A program made the position numbers and the translations under genes. The notes under the pieces are model-generated. The model was not told the origin of the DNA. It ran no database searches and saw only the letters and a program-made list of their open reading frames with translations. Source: an uncultured Rikenellaceae bacterium (GTDB lineage Bacteria > Bacteroidota > Bacteroidia > Bacteroidales > VadinHA17). Taken from it: a stretch of 64,000 bases of DNA. The stretch's first letter is position 1, and each line of letters starts with the position of its first letter. The stretch is taken from NCBI GenBank assembly GCA_964638955.1, contig CAZWZQ010000008.1, forward strand, positions 824-64,823, read 5' to 3'. Positions 36,151 to 44,512 of the stretch are shown here, in pieces.

Positions 36151-37749
36151 TTATTCCCCTAAATACTCAATCGCATACTTCAGCGTAGTATCAATATCTT
36201 CCCAGATAGGATAAAATCCTTTGTTATCCAGGATATTACGTGCGATATAAGCCTTTATCTGTGTATAAATTATTTTTTCTGAGATCTTCAGTCCTTCGGG
36301 TTCAGGTTCAATTCCTTTTTTTGAAACGAAATCAGTGAACTGATCCATCAGGTTCTGCTTTTCGAGGTGCTTTTCAAGCTCTCCGGATTCAGTGTATTTC
36401 TTAAGATTTTCACGATGGTTCTCAGTATATTTTAGTGAGAACTCATAAATAAATGGCCTGACCTTAAGAAAATAGGTTGAAATACCTGAAGTATCAACAG
36501 GGACAAACAAATCAGGCATAATGCCTCCACCTCCATACACTGTTCTGCCGCCTGAGGTTGTATATTTCAGTGAATCAGTAAATTGTATGCTGTCCGAAGC
36601 TTCAAACTCACCTCTTCCGTATCTTATATTCAGATCTGCAAAATATTCATCAAATCCGTTGTTATATGGTTTCTGTATTGATCTGCCGGTGGGAGTGTAA
36701 TATCTTGCTATTGTGAGTCTCATACCTGATCCGTCGGGGAAAACCACGGGTTCCTGTACCAATCCCTTGCCAAAGGAACGCCTTCCTATAATTGTACCGC
36801 GATCATTATCCTGTATGGCCCCCGCAAGTATTTCACTGGCCGAGGCACTCCATTCATCGATGAGGATCACAAGATCCCCGGTATCAAATTCCCCTTTTCC
36901 TGTTGCCCTTGCTTCATTACGCGGCTGTTTTCGACCTTGTGTATATACTATCAGCTGTCCCTCATTAAGAAATTCGTTTGCAATCTGAATGGCAGCTTCC
37001 ATAATACCTCCGGAGTTATTGCGCAGATCAACGATAAGCTTTTCCATACCCTTCTGCTTAAGTTCCCGCAGACCTTTCATGAACTCGTCATAGGTTGTGA
37101 GGGCAAAATTGTTTATCCGGATATACCCTGTAATATCATTTGTCATATAGGCGACATCGACACTATAAATCGGAATCTTGTCACGGGTAATGTTAAAGGT
37201 AAGTAAATCCTTGTGTCCTTTGCGAAGGATCTTTACCCTAACCTCTGTGCCTCTGGGTCCTTTGAGCATCCTCATTACCTTTTCATCGCTTATTCCCTTT
37301 CCTGCAACCAATGAATCATTTACATACAGGATCTTATCTCCCGCCTGAAGTCCTGTTTTTTCTGAAGGGCCGCCCGGGATAGTGCTGATAACAAGAATGG
37401 TATCAGTAAGCATGTTGAATGAAATGCCTATTCCTTCAAAATTACCCTGAAGCGGTTCATTGGCCCTTGCAAGATCTTTGGCGGGAATGTAAACCGAATG
37501 CGGATCAAGTTTTTTGAGGATTGCCGGGATAGCTGCTTCTACCATTTCCTCACGGTTCACCGAATCGACATAACTGGATTCTATGATGTCGAGAATGCTT
37601 TGTATTTTATTGCTCCTGAGCCTTATATTTACATTAGGCAAACCCTCATCCTTATGGGGAAGATAAATGCCTGTTAAGATGCCGGCGATAAGAGTTACTG
37701 CCAGGATCAGAGGAAGAAATATATTCCTTTTTGAATTACTGTTGCTCAT
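36151..37749 (-). CDS. S41 family C-terminal processing peptidase (Ctp/Tsp-like)
   Basis: N-terminal membrane anchor, a PDZ region (GIGISF…GGPSEKTGLQAGDKI) and a catalytic region (DLRNNSGG, IDEWSASASEI, FGKGLVQ). Confidence 0.92.
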   Translation of the reverse strand: MSNSNSKRNIFLPLILAVTLIAGILTGIYLPHKDEGLPNVNIRLRSNKIQSILDIIESSYVDSVNREEMVEAAIPAILKKLDPHSVYIPAKDLARANEPLQGNFEGIGISFNMLTDTILVISTIPGGPSEKTGLQAGDKILYVNDSLVAGKGISDEKVMRMLKGPRGTEVRVKILRKGHKDLLTFNITRDKIPIYSVDVAYMTNDITGYIRINNFALTTYDEFMKGLRELKQKGMEKLIVDLRNNSGGIMEAAIQIANEFLNEGQLIVYTQGRKQPRNEARATGKGEFDTGDLVILIDEWSASASEILAGAIQDNDRGTIIGRRSFGKGLVQEPVVFPDGSGMRLTIARYYTPTGRSIQKPYNNGFDEYFADLNIRYGRGEFEASDSIQFTDSLKYTTSGGRTVYGGGGIMPDLFVPVDTSGISTYFLKVRPFIYEFSLKYTENHRENLKKYTESGELEKHLEKQNLMDQFTDFVSKKGIEPEPEGLKISEKIIYTQIKAYIARNILDNKGFYPIWEDIDTTLKYAIEYLGE

Positions 37750-38206
37750 AAATATCTTTTTCCAGATCTATATATACCAGGTCAATTCCCGCACGTCTGA
37801 GAAGATCTAATCCGTCAGCTAAGCGGTATTTGTCACAGTACACAACTCTTTTTATTCCCGACTGGATAATAAGCTTTGCACACTCCATGCATGGAGAGGA
37901 TGTAACATATAAAGTTGATCCCTCACTTGAATTGTTTGATTTGGCAACTTTAGTAATTGCATTTGCCTCAGCATGAAGAACATATGGCTTCGTAACATCA
38001 TTTTCATCTTCACATACATTTTCGAAACCAGCTGGAGTCCCGTTATATCCGTCAGAAATTATCATTTTTCCTTTTACAATTAAAGCCCCGACCTGACGTC
38101 TTTTACAGTATGAATTTTTTGCCCAGATAAGTGCCATTTCAAGGTATCTCTTATCAAAAGCCATCTGCTTTTCGCCATAGGGTTTTATTAAGTCATTGCC
38201 CGTCAT
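37736..38206 (-). CDS. Deoxycytidylate (dCMP) deaminase
   Basis: The zinc motifs HAEANAI and SPCMECAKLI are present. Length is 156 aa. Confidence 0.92.
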   Translation of the reverse strand: MTGNDLIKPYGEKQMAFDKRYLEMALIWAKNSYCKRRQVGALIVKGKMIISDGYNGTPAGFENVCEDENDVTKPYVLHAEANAITKVAKSNNSSEGSTLYVTSSPCMECAKLIIQSGIKRVVYCDKYRLADGLDLLRRAGIDLVYIDLEKDIYEQQ

Positions 38207-38415
38207 GGTGGTGAATTCCTGTTTTTAAAGCGCCCAAAGTTACACATTTATAACATGTATTCATGGGAAGACTTGTTAAAAATTAAAAAACAGGGTTAAT
38301 AACATTTTTGTTTTTCAAACGTTATTGTTATTAGTAAAGATTAATTTTGCTGATTATTTTGCATAGTACATAATACTTGTGAAATAATATATTATTGTGG
38401 TATTTAAACAGAAAG

Positions 38416-38997
38416 ATGATGAAAAGAACGATATTGATCCTGATAATTGCACTAACATATCTTAACCTTGCAGCGCAAGATAAATTCACTGATCCACGTG
38501 ACGGTAATTCATACAGGACAATTACGATAAATGGCGTTACATGGATGGCTGAAAACCTGAAATTCATCGTTCCCGGAGAAGATGCTTATTTCTTTGATAA
38601 CAATCCCAATAATGTTCCTTCATGCGGGGTGTTATATGATTGGAAGACCGCAATGGAAGCCTGTCCCGACGGATGGCGTCTGCCGTCAGGGTCGGAATTT
38701 TACGCTCTGGTGAATCATTTTGAACCGGAAGAATTACTGGAAAACACAAGATCGGGTCCGGACTCTTTTGATATACAGCTTGGCGGAATGCAAAATTATG
38801 AGGGTACATTCACGGAGATGGACGAAAGTGCATATTTCTGGACCTCAACTGAATATAATGAAAATGAGGCAGAATATTTCAGCTACCTTGTTTTAAATAA
38901 CCAGGCTGTGGTAGACATCTCACGACAGGCAGATATACAGGATATTCATGGTTCTGAAAAGGTTAGTAAATATTCTGTACGTTGCGTGAAGGAATAA
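38416..38997 (+). CDS. FISUMP (Fibrobacter succinogenes major paralogous) domain protein, secreted
   Basis: FTDPRDGNSYRTITINGVTWMAENL, YDWKTAMEACPDGWRLPS and FWTSTE are present. I take the ATG at 38416 (MMKRTILIL…) rather than GTG 38395. Confidence 0.85.
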   Translation: MMKRTILILIIALTYLNLAAQDKFTDPRDGNSYRTITINGVTWMAENLKFIVPGEDAYFFDNNPNNVPSCGVLYDWKTAMEACPDGWRLPSGSEFYALVNHFEPEELLENTRSGPDSFDIQLGGMQNYEGTFTEMDESAYFWTSTEYNENEAEYFSYLVLNNQAVVDISRQADIQDIHGSEKVSKYSVRCVKE

Positions 38998-39143
38998 TCC
39001 TGAATTCCAGGAACCAATTGCTGCACATAGATCAAAACAATATTATATCGACCTGTATATCAAAAAACTTAATAATCTGTAGTCGGAAATCTGAGAATCA
39101 GCATTAAATTAGAAATTAGAAATATTTGGATTTTTATATAATA

Positions 39144-39163
39144 AATTCGTATATTTACGAAAT
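39144..39163. promoter_or_regulatory. Operator-like palindrome AATTCGTA-N4-TACGAAAT upstream of arsR-1
   Basis: An 8-N4-8 inverted repeat with one arm mismatch lies 49 nt upstream of ATG 39212. The same architecture and the same right arm (TACGAAAT) recur upstream of arsR-2 at 42909-42928. Confidence 0.55.
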
Positions 39164-39211
39164 ACGCGGTTTAGCCTAAAAATGGGCTTAACAAGCTTTA
39201 ATTGAGTGATT

Positions 39212-39544
39212 ATGGCTTCTCCGAAAAAAGAACAATTCGCAAAGGAAGACATAAGGCTCGCAAAATATGCGAGGGCTCTTGCTCATCCGGCAAGAATAGC
39301 AATACTTCGTCACCTGGCATCACTGGATACGTGCTGTTTTACTGATATCTCAAAAGAGATACCACTTGCAGATTCAACGGTTTCACAACACCTGAATGAG
39401 CTTAAAGAAGCAGGGCTGATACAGGGAAGCTTTGACCCGCCAAGAATAAAATATAGTATAAATTCTGAAAACTGGAAGCTGGCTCGTAAATATTTCAGGG
39501 AATTTACAAAAATCAGATCAGCTAAAGAAGAGAAAAACAAATAA
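39212..39544 (+). CDS. arsR: ArsR/SmtB family metalloregulatory transcriptional repressor (copy 1)
   Basis: The winged HTH has ALAHPARIAILRHL, the Cys pair LDTCCF at the alpha3 metal(loid) site position, and STVSQHLNELKEAGLI. Confidence 0.88.
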   Translation: MASPKKEQFAKEDIRLAKYARALAHPARIAILRHLASLDTCCFTDISKEIPLADSTVSQHLNELKEAGLIQGSFDPPRIKYSINSENWKLARKYFREFTKIRSAKEEKNK

Positions 39545-39660
39545 ACACTACCGGGGTGAAAACAGATTTTTCTAATAAGAGTTTCTTTTCTCACGGTGTA
39601 ATGAATTTGACCCAAAAAGAAGGGGAGATGGGGAGAAACAGAATAGTTATTGGAGAGTAA

Positions 39661-41004
39661 TTAAAATATTGAACCATATATCAAACCTGTGATTGTAGCC
39701 ATTATAACCACAAGACATACATAGACTGCTGTTTTTTGAGTACCTATAACATCTCTTATAACCAACATATTAGGCAATGATAAGGAAGGTCCGGCAAGCA
39801 GCAAAGCAAGAGCAGGTCCTTTACCCATACCGGAGGCAATCAATCCCTGCAGTATAGGTACCTCAGTGAGGGTTGCGAAATACATGAAAGCACCCACAAC
39901 AGATGCAAAAAAATTGGAAAATATAGAATTACCTCCGACAAGCGCTGATATCCATTCGTTTGGTATTACTCCTGCAATTGCTTTGCCGTCGTGTGTTGAA
40001 CCTAAAAGGAACCCGGCAGTGATAACTCCGATTGCCAGTAAAGGAAGAATCTGTTTTGCAAAGTCCCACGTTGCCAGCGTCCATCCCCGGTTCTCTTCAT
40101 CATTCCTATCCAGAAGGGTGATGACACTTAATGCAATAATTCCAACGAGCATCGGAACAAGCGGTCTGAGTTTGTCATTCTCGATAAATCCATTTGCCAG
40201 GAAAATAGAAATAATAGTGATGGTGGCTGCACTAAGCACCCATTGCCACTTGATCTTCAGGATATTAATCAGTGAATATCCCAGTACCAGGCTGAAAAAT
40301 CCTGTTAAATACCACTTATAATTCCATAGGTAAAACCATGTGCTTGAAGTATCTCCCTCAGCATGTTTCCCCCAGTTTGCAAAAATAAGAATCAGTACAA
40401 GCGTAAAGAAATGCAGGGATGTCTGCCACATTGGCCTCTTCTCGGGCGGCGGAACAATATTCATTTGTTCTTCTCTCTTTGACTTTTCTTCATTGCGATA
40501 TATAAATGACATTACCAGGCCTATTATTATGCTGAAAGAAACAGCACCGATAATTCTTGCAGCTCCCATCTCGAATCCTAAAATACGTGCTGTCAGTATG
40601 ATTGCCAGTATGTTTATTGCAGGTCCTGAATAAAGAAATGCTATCGCGGGACCAAGTCCTGCACCACGTTTGTGAATACTTGAAAATAAAGGAAGTATAG
40701 TACAGGAACATACTGCCAGAATTGTACCTGAAACTGAAGCAACAGAATACGCCACCCATTTTTTTGCCTGTGCACCGAAATATTTAAGCACTGATGCCTG
40801 GCTTACAAATACTGAGATTACACCTGCGATAAAGAATGCAGGTAATAGACATAAAACAACATGTTCACGAGCATACCATTTTACAAGGTCGAGAGCTGCA
40901 GCAATTGCCGTATTGAAGCGGGTGCTTTCAATCGGCAGAAAGAATGCAAAAGCAAAAACTGCAACTATCCAGGCAAGTATTTTGAATTCTTTTTTGAGTT
41001 CCAT
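39661..41004 (-). CDS. ArsP-like permease (COG0701 / UPF0718-DUF318 family)
   Basis: 447 aa polytopic protein with a vicinal Cys motif in a TM helix (AVCSCTILPLF). It is the last gene of an arsR-thioredoxin operon, the usual context for this family. Confidence 0.7.
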   Translation of the reverse strand: MELKKEFKILAWIVAVFAFAFFLPIESTRFNTAIAAALDLVKWYAREHVVLCLLPAFFIAGVISVFVSQASVLKYFGAQAKKWVAYSVASVSGTILAVCSCTILPLFSSIHKRGAGLGPAIAFLYSGPAINILAIILTARILGFEMGAARIIGAVSFSIIIGLVMSFIYRNEEKSKREEQMNIVPPPEKRPMWQTSLHFFTLVLILIFANWGKHAEGDTSSTWFYLWNYKWYLTGFFSLVLGYSLINILKIKWQWVLSAATITIISIFLANGFIENDKLRPLVPMLVGIIALSVITLLDRNDEENRGWTLATWDFAKQILPLLAIGVITAGFLLGSTHDGKAIAGVIPNEWISALVGGNSIFSNFFASVVGAFMYFATLTEVPILQGLIASGMGKGPALALLLAGPSLSLPNMLVIRDVIGTQKTAVYVCLVVIMATITGLIYGSIF

Positions 41005-41058
41005 TTAATTAGTTTGATAATTTGGGGATAGGTATTTCTTAAGATTATGAAATCCACA

Positions 41059-41074
41059 TCCCGCAATGGCGGGA
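41059..41074 (-). terminator. GC-rich hairpin TCCCGC-(4 nt)-GCGGGA between the ArsG-like and ArsP-like genes (attenuator/processing or weak terminator)
   Basis: Perfect 6-bp stem and 4-nt loop, read directly. It sits in the only sizeable (100-nt) gap of the operon. There is no strong U-tract, so its function is uncertain. Confidence 0.3.
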
Positions 41075-41104
41075 CAAACAATAATAAAAATATTTAATAA
41101 AAAA

Positions 41105-41803
41105 TTACATATAAACCCTGAATATGCAGTAAATACCAACTGCTATGAATAAGACTGCAATGACTCGTCTGAACCATAGCTCGAAGGTTTTCAGCTTACT
41201 ATACACTCCTGCGATACCCGAGATTGTATAGGCAATAAGCCACGCAAAAGCAATAACCGGAATCCCTGTAGCAATTGCAAAGACAACAGGAAGGTACAGT
41301 CCTGATGCACTCGTAATGGTCAGAGGAACAAGCATCCCGAAATAGAGTACGCCGCTGTATGGACAAAATGCAAGTGCAAATACAAGTCCAAGTAAAACAG
41401 CATCAAGATACCCCCATTTCTTTTTATCCTGCATCCGGGAAGTGAGCATGTTAAATCCGGGAAATTTAATTTTGATAATATCGAGCATGAATAAACCAAT
41501 AATTATCAGGAGCGGCCCGACAATCTTTTCTCCGTACCGCTGAAAAAAACCTGAGAATTTCAATTGATCAGCACCCAGGAAGATTATTAATGCAATGAAA
41601 GTATAGGTGATTGCTCTGCCCAGGGTGTAAAGCAAACCGTTAATAAACACACGATTACGATTTTCTATATCCCGGCTTATAAATCCCACAGCAGTAATAT
41701 TTGTTGCCAGCGGGCATGGACTTATGGCAGTCATAAAACCAAGCAGCAATGCCGTAAGCCACGGCATTGTGCTGTTCTCGAGAAGATTGGTCAGAAATTC
41801 CAT
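41105..41803 (-). CDS. CcdA/DsbD-transmembrane-domain-like protein (ArsG-family transporter-like)
   Basis: 232 aa with about 6 TM helices. It has the DsbD_2/CcdA-type N-terminal motif LLLGFMTAISPCPLATNI and a second Cys-Pro (FCPYSG). As I recall, this family is named the ArsG family in automated annotation; not verified here. Confidence 0.6.
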   Translation of the reverse strand: MEFLTNLLENSTMPWLTALLLGFMTAISPCPLATNITAVGFISRDIENRNRVFINGLLYTLGRAITYTFIALIIFLGADQLKFSGFFQRYGEKIVGPLLIIIGLFMLDIIKIKFPGFNMLTSRMQDKKKWGYLDAVLLGLVFALAFCPYSGVLYFGMLVPLTITSASGLYLPVVFAIATGIPVIAFAWLIAYTISGIAGVYSKLKTFELWFRRVIAVLFIAVGIYCIFRVYM

Positions 41804-41807
41804 GCAG

Positions 41808-42236
41808 TTATCTGGTCAGCAAACCATCAACCTTTTCGTTTATGATCTCCTTGAATTTTTCAGGTTTGACTACAGCGTACATAAAACACTCATTAGTCAG
41901 GTTGATCTTCTGATCTCCTTTTACAATAAGGAGTGTCTGACCTGATACTCCTAGTTTTTCAGCAAGAGGTTTATTTGCCGGCTCCTCAATGTTTACCGAT
42001 TGAAATGTCATTAATCCTTGCTTGAACTGGTTTGGGTATAATGTTTCAAGGTTTTCTTTGGCTCTGGCTTCAATAGTCCTGCAAGTCATACAACGCGCGG
42101 TAAAGTGAAAATAATAAGTTTCAATTTTATCGGAATAATTATCAGATGTTTTACCCTCTTTCTTTTCAGGTTGGGCATTACATGATATAAAGGGAATGAC
42201 TAAAACAATTGTAAAGAATAAACTTAAAGCTTTCAT
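41808..42236 (-). CDS. Thioredoxin-like CxxC lipoprotein (ArsF-family-like)
   Basis: The lipobox FISC is present. YYFHFTARCMTCRTIEA with a CxxC, followed by …GQTLLIVKGDQ…PEKFKE…, resembles the small ArsF-family proteins as I recall them. There is a 4-nt overlap with the upstream thioredoxin gene. Confidence 0.55.
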   Translation of the reverse strand: MKALSLFFTIVLVIPFISCNAQPEKKEGKTSDNYSDKIETYYFHFTARCMTCRTIEARAKENLETLYPNQFKQGLMTFQSVNIEEPANKPLAEKLGVSGQTLLIVKGDQKINLTNECFMYAVVKPEKFKEIINEKVDGLLTR

Positions 42237-42487
42237 AATAAAGTAATATATTGATTATTAGTAAGTATTTCTTTAATTTCTTTTGAAGTTGGAACACGTC
42301 CGCTTAATACAACCTTACCATTAATAACAAGTCCGGGGGTATGCATGATCCCATAATTCATGATTCTGATTATATCTTCTTCTTTAGTGATATCTGCATC
42401 TATCTCCATTTCACTCAAACCTTCACTGGTGATTTTTTCCAGTGCTTTACACTTTTGACATCCCGGACCTAAAATCTTAATTTCCAT
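42233..42487 (-). CDS. Thioredoxin family protein (redox-active disulfide protein 2 type)
   Basis: MEIKILGPGCQKCKALE…IMNYGIMHTPGLVINGKVVLSGRVPTSKEIKEIL matches the short Thioredoxin_3 family that commonly accompanies DUF318 permeases. Confidence 0.88.
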   Translation of the reverse strand: MEIKILGPGCQKCKALEKITSEGLSEMEIDADITKEEDIIRIMNYGIMHTPGLVINGKVVLSGRVPTSKEIKEILTNNQYITLL

Positions 42488-42530
42488 TGTTTGTATTTTA
42501 TTAATCTAAAATTTAATTGACTATAAGGAA

Positions 42531-42884
42531 TTATTCATGAATAAGAGATTCTGTCTTTTCACAGGAAATATTTACTGACTTATTATTGTTCAGGAAATCA
42601 TCCAGCAACTTCTTTGCCTTTTCCCAATTTTTCCTGTTGATACAGTATTTTATATAAGGAGGATTAATCTCTCCCTGGATCAATCCTGCATATTTCAGCT
42701 CTTTTAAATGCTGCGAGAGCGTCGAGCGCCCTACAGGAAGCTCTTCTACCAGGTTTCCGCTGTAGCAGCATGAATCCATTTTGGAAAGTTTCTGCAGAAT
42801 ATATACTCTTACAGGATGACTTAAAGCCTTTGCTGTTTCAGCAATCTGCAGAACCTCCGGCGAAAATTTTATTCTGTCTGACAT
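42531..42884 (-). CDS. arsR: ArsR/SmtB family metalloregulatory transcriptional repressor (copy 2)
   Basis: ALSHPVRVYILQKL, the Cys pair MDSCCY and STLSQHLKELKYAGLI mark it as a paralogue of 39212-39544. The start is placed at Met-69 of the track ORF, because the upstream 68 codons translate an intergenic palindromic element. Confidence 0.85.
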   Translation of the reverse strand: MSDRIKFSPEVLQIAETAKALSHPVRVYILQKLSKMDSCCYSGNLVEELPVGRSTLSQHLKELKYAGLIQGEINPPYIKYCINRKNWEKAKKLLDDFLNNNKSVNISCEKTESLIHE

Positions 42885-42908
42885 ATTTTCTGATGATTTT
42901 ATTTCTAT

Positions 42909-42928
42909 ATTTCGCAAAATTACGAAAT
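42909..42928. promoter_or_regulatory. Operator-like palindrome ATTTCGCA-N4-TACGAAAT upstream of arsR-2
   Basis: An 8-N4-8 inverted repeat with one arm mismatch lies 25 nt upstream of ATG 42884. It has the same design as 39144-39163. Confidence 0.55.
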
Positions 42929-42982
42929 GTTTTTGTAAATTCACAAAGAAAATACAACGATTTATAATGTATGTTATATATT

Positions 42983-43074
42983 CCGGGCTAAAGCCCTGTT
43001 TACCAGGGGCATGACTAACCCGGGACTTAAGTCCCGGGTTAGTGGGTATGCGACACTTAAGGACTTTAGTCCGG
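42983..43074. repeat. GC-rich triple-hairpin intergenic element including a perfect 28-bp palindrome (43015-43042)
   Basis: Read directly: GGGC-TAAA-GCCC (42985-42996), the perfect palindrome CTAACCCGGGACTTAAGTCCCGGGTTAG (43015-43042), and GGAC-TTTA-GTCC (43061-43072). All three are variants of one GG(G)(A)C-T/A-rich-G(T)CC(C) theme, set in otherwise AT-rich spacer. Confidence 0.75.
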
Positions 43075-43113
43075 AACACTTCAGCCACATTTTTTTAGTA
43101 ATTAAATAGAAAT

Positions 43114-43482
43114 ATGAGCAGGCAAAAAACGCATTTAAAGATCCTTATAATCTGTACCGGCAATAGCTGCCGGAGCCAGATGGCACAAGGCTTTCTGCAG
43201 TTTTTCGACCCGAATATTGAGATTCGTTCAGCAGGGACACATCCAGCTGCTGAGGTCAACAAGAAGGCTGTTAAGGTAATGACAGAAGCAGGAATCGATA
43301 TCAGTCACCATAAACCCTCTGCAGGCAGCAATGATTTTGAACTTGCCATAGCAGTAGCCGTTTCAGTATTCGGGATCAATTCTCAGGCAGCATTTGCCAC
43401 GGTTATAGGCCCGCTTGTTGAAGTGCCTGTGCTGATAATGCTGGTAAATGTTGCACTCTATTTTAAAAGGAGACTATTTTGA
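43114..43482 (+). pseudogene. In-frame chimera: N-terminal half of LMW-PTP-type arsenate reductase ArsC fused to the last ~53 residues of an ACR3 arsenite carrier
   Basis: Residues 8-68 ([25 protein letters not shown]…[11 protein letters not shown]) are ArsC-like. From about nt 43321 the sequence ([53 protein letters not shown]) is the hallmark ACR3 C-terminus. The distal ArsC cysteines and most of ACR3 are absent. Confidence 0.7.
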
Positions 43483-43569
43483 TTACCAGGCTGACAATTA
43501 TTCATTTTATTCAGACATACTTTCCTTAAATATTTTAATTTTGACAGGAAAACTCTTAAATCCTGTCTT

Positions 43570-44475
43570 ATGAAAAACTTATTCCTGAATTTGTCAAAGC
43601 TGATTGTCTTAATCAGTATTATTATTCTTACTGTATCATGCAAAAAGAAAGAAAAACCGGAGAAATTCTCCTTTGCTTTTATTACAGACATTCATCTCCA
43701 GCCTGAAAACAATGCCGTTGAAGGATTTCTTAAAGCTGTCGATACACTTAACGATCTGAAACCTGATTTCGTTATCACCGGCGGAGATTTGATAATGGAC
43801 GCTCTGGCACAGAGATATAGCAGGGCTGACTCGCTATACACTCTTTATATCGAGACTGTAAAAGCATTGAAAATGCCGGTTTATAATGCAATGGGGAACC
43901 ATGAAATATATGGTATCTACAGCCGGAGCGGAGCAGATCCTGAACATCCTGATTATGGCGAGAAAATGTTTGAGAACCGTATCGGAAAATCATATTATAG
44001 TTTTGAACACAAGGGTTGGAAATTTATGATATTAAATTCCATAGAAGATACAGGAAGAGACAGTTATATCGGTCTGATCGACAATGACCAGATAGAATGG
44101 ATAAAAGATGAACTTCAAAAAACTGATCCCTCAATACCCGTGGCAATTATCACACATATTCCTTTCATTACGGCAAACACCCAGAAATATCAGGGTACCA
44201 CTTTACCCAACGATTCATCACTGGTGATTAGCAACGGCAAGGAAGTACTTGATCTTTTCGAAGGACATAACCTTAAACTGGTTTTGCAGGGGCATCTGCA
44301 TTTAGTTGAGGATATTTTTATTGACGACATCCACTTCATAACCGGGGGAGCAATATGTGCAGCATGGTGGAGAGGCCCCTATCGCGGTGATGAAGAGGGC
44401 TTTGTGCTGGTAAGGGTAAAAGGCAGTGAATTCGACTGGGAATTTGTGGATTATAAATGGGAGGTAAAGCAATAA
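43570..44475 (+). CDS. Calcineurin-like metallophosphoesterase, lipoprotein
   Basis: The lipobox TVSC and the motifs DIHL, GGDLI, GNHE and GHLH are present in canonical order. Confidence 0.85.
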   Translation: MKNLFLNLSKLIVLISIIILTVSCKKKEKPEKFSFAFITDIHLQPENNAVEGFLKAVDTLNDLKPDFVITGGDLIMDALAQRYSRADSLYTLYIETVKALKMPVYNAMGNHEIYGIYSRSGADPEHPDYGEKMFENRIGKSYYSFEHKGWKFMILNSIEDTGRDSYIGLIDNDQIEWIKDELQKTDPSIPVAIITHIPFITANTQKYQGTTLPNDSSLVISNGKEVLDLFEGHNLKLVLQGHLHLVEDIFIDDIHFITGGAICAAWWRGPYRGDEEGFVLVRVKGSEFDWEFVDYKWEVKQ

Positions 44476-44512
44476 GATATAAGCCCGGAAGAGAATAGAA
44501 TAAATAATAAGA

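Noticed and set aside
42885-43088. 68-codon N-terminal extension of ArsR-2 in the ORF track (start 43088)
   Set aside because: The extension reads through the GC-rich palindromic element and the operator-like palindrome. ArsR homology begins only at Met-69 (MSDRIKF…). I therefore treat it as non-coding leader or spacer.
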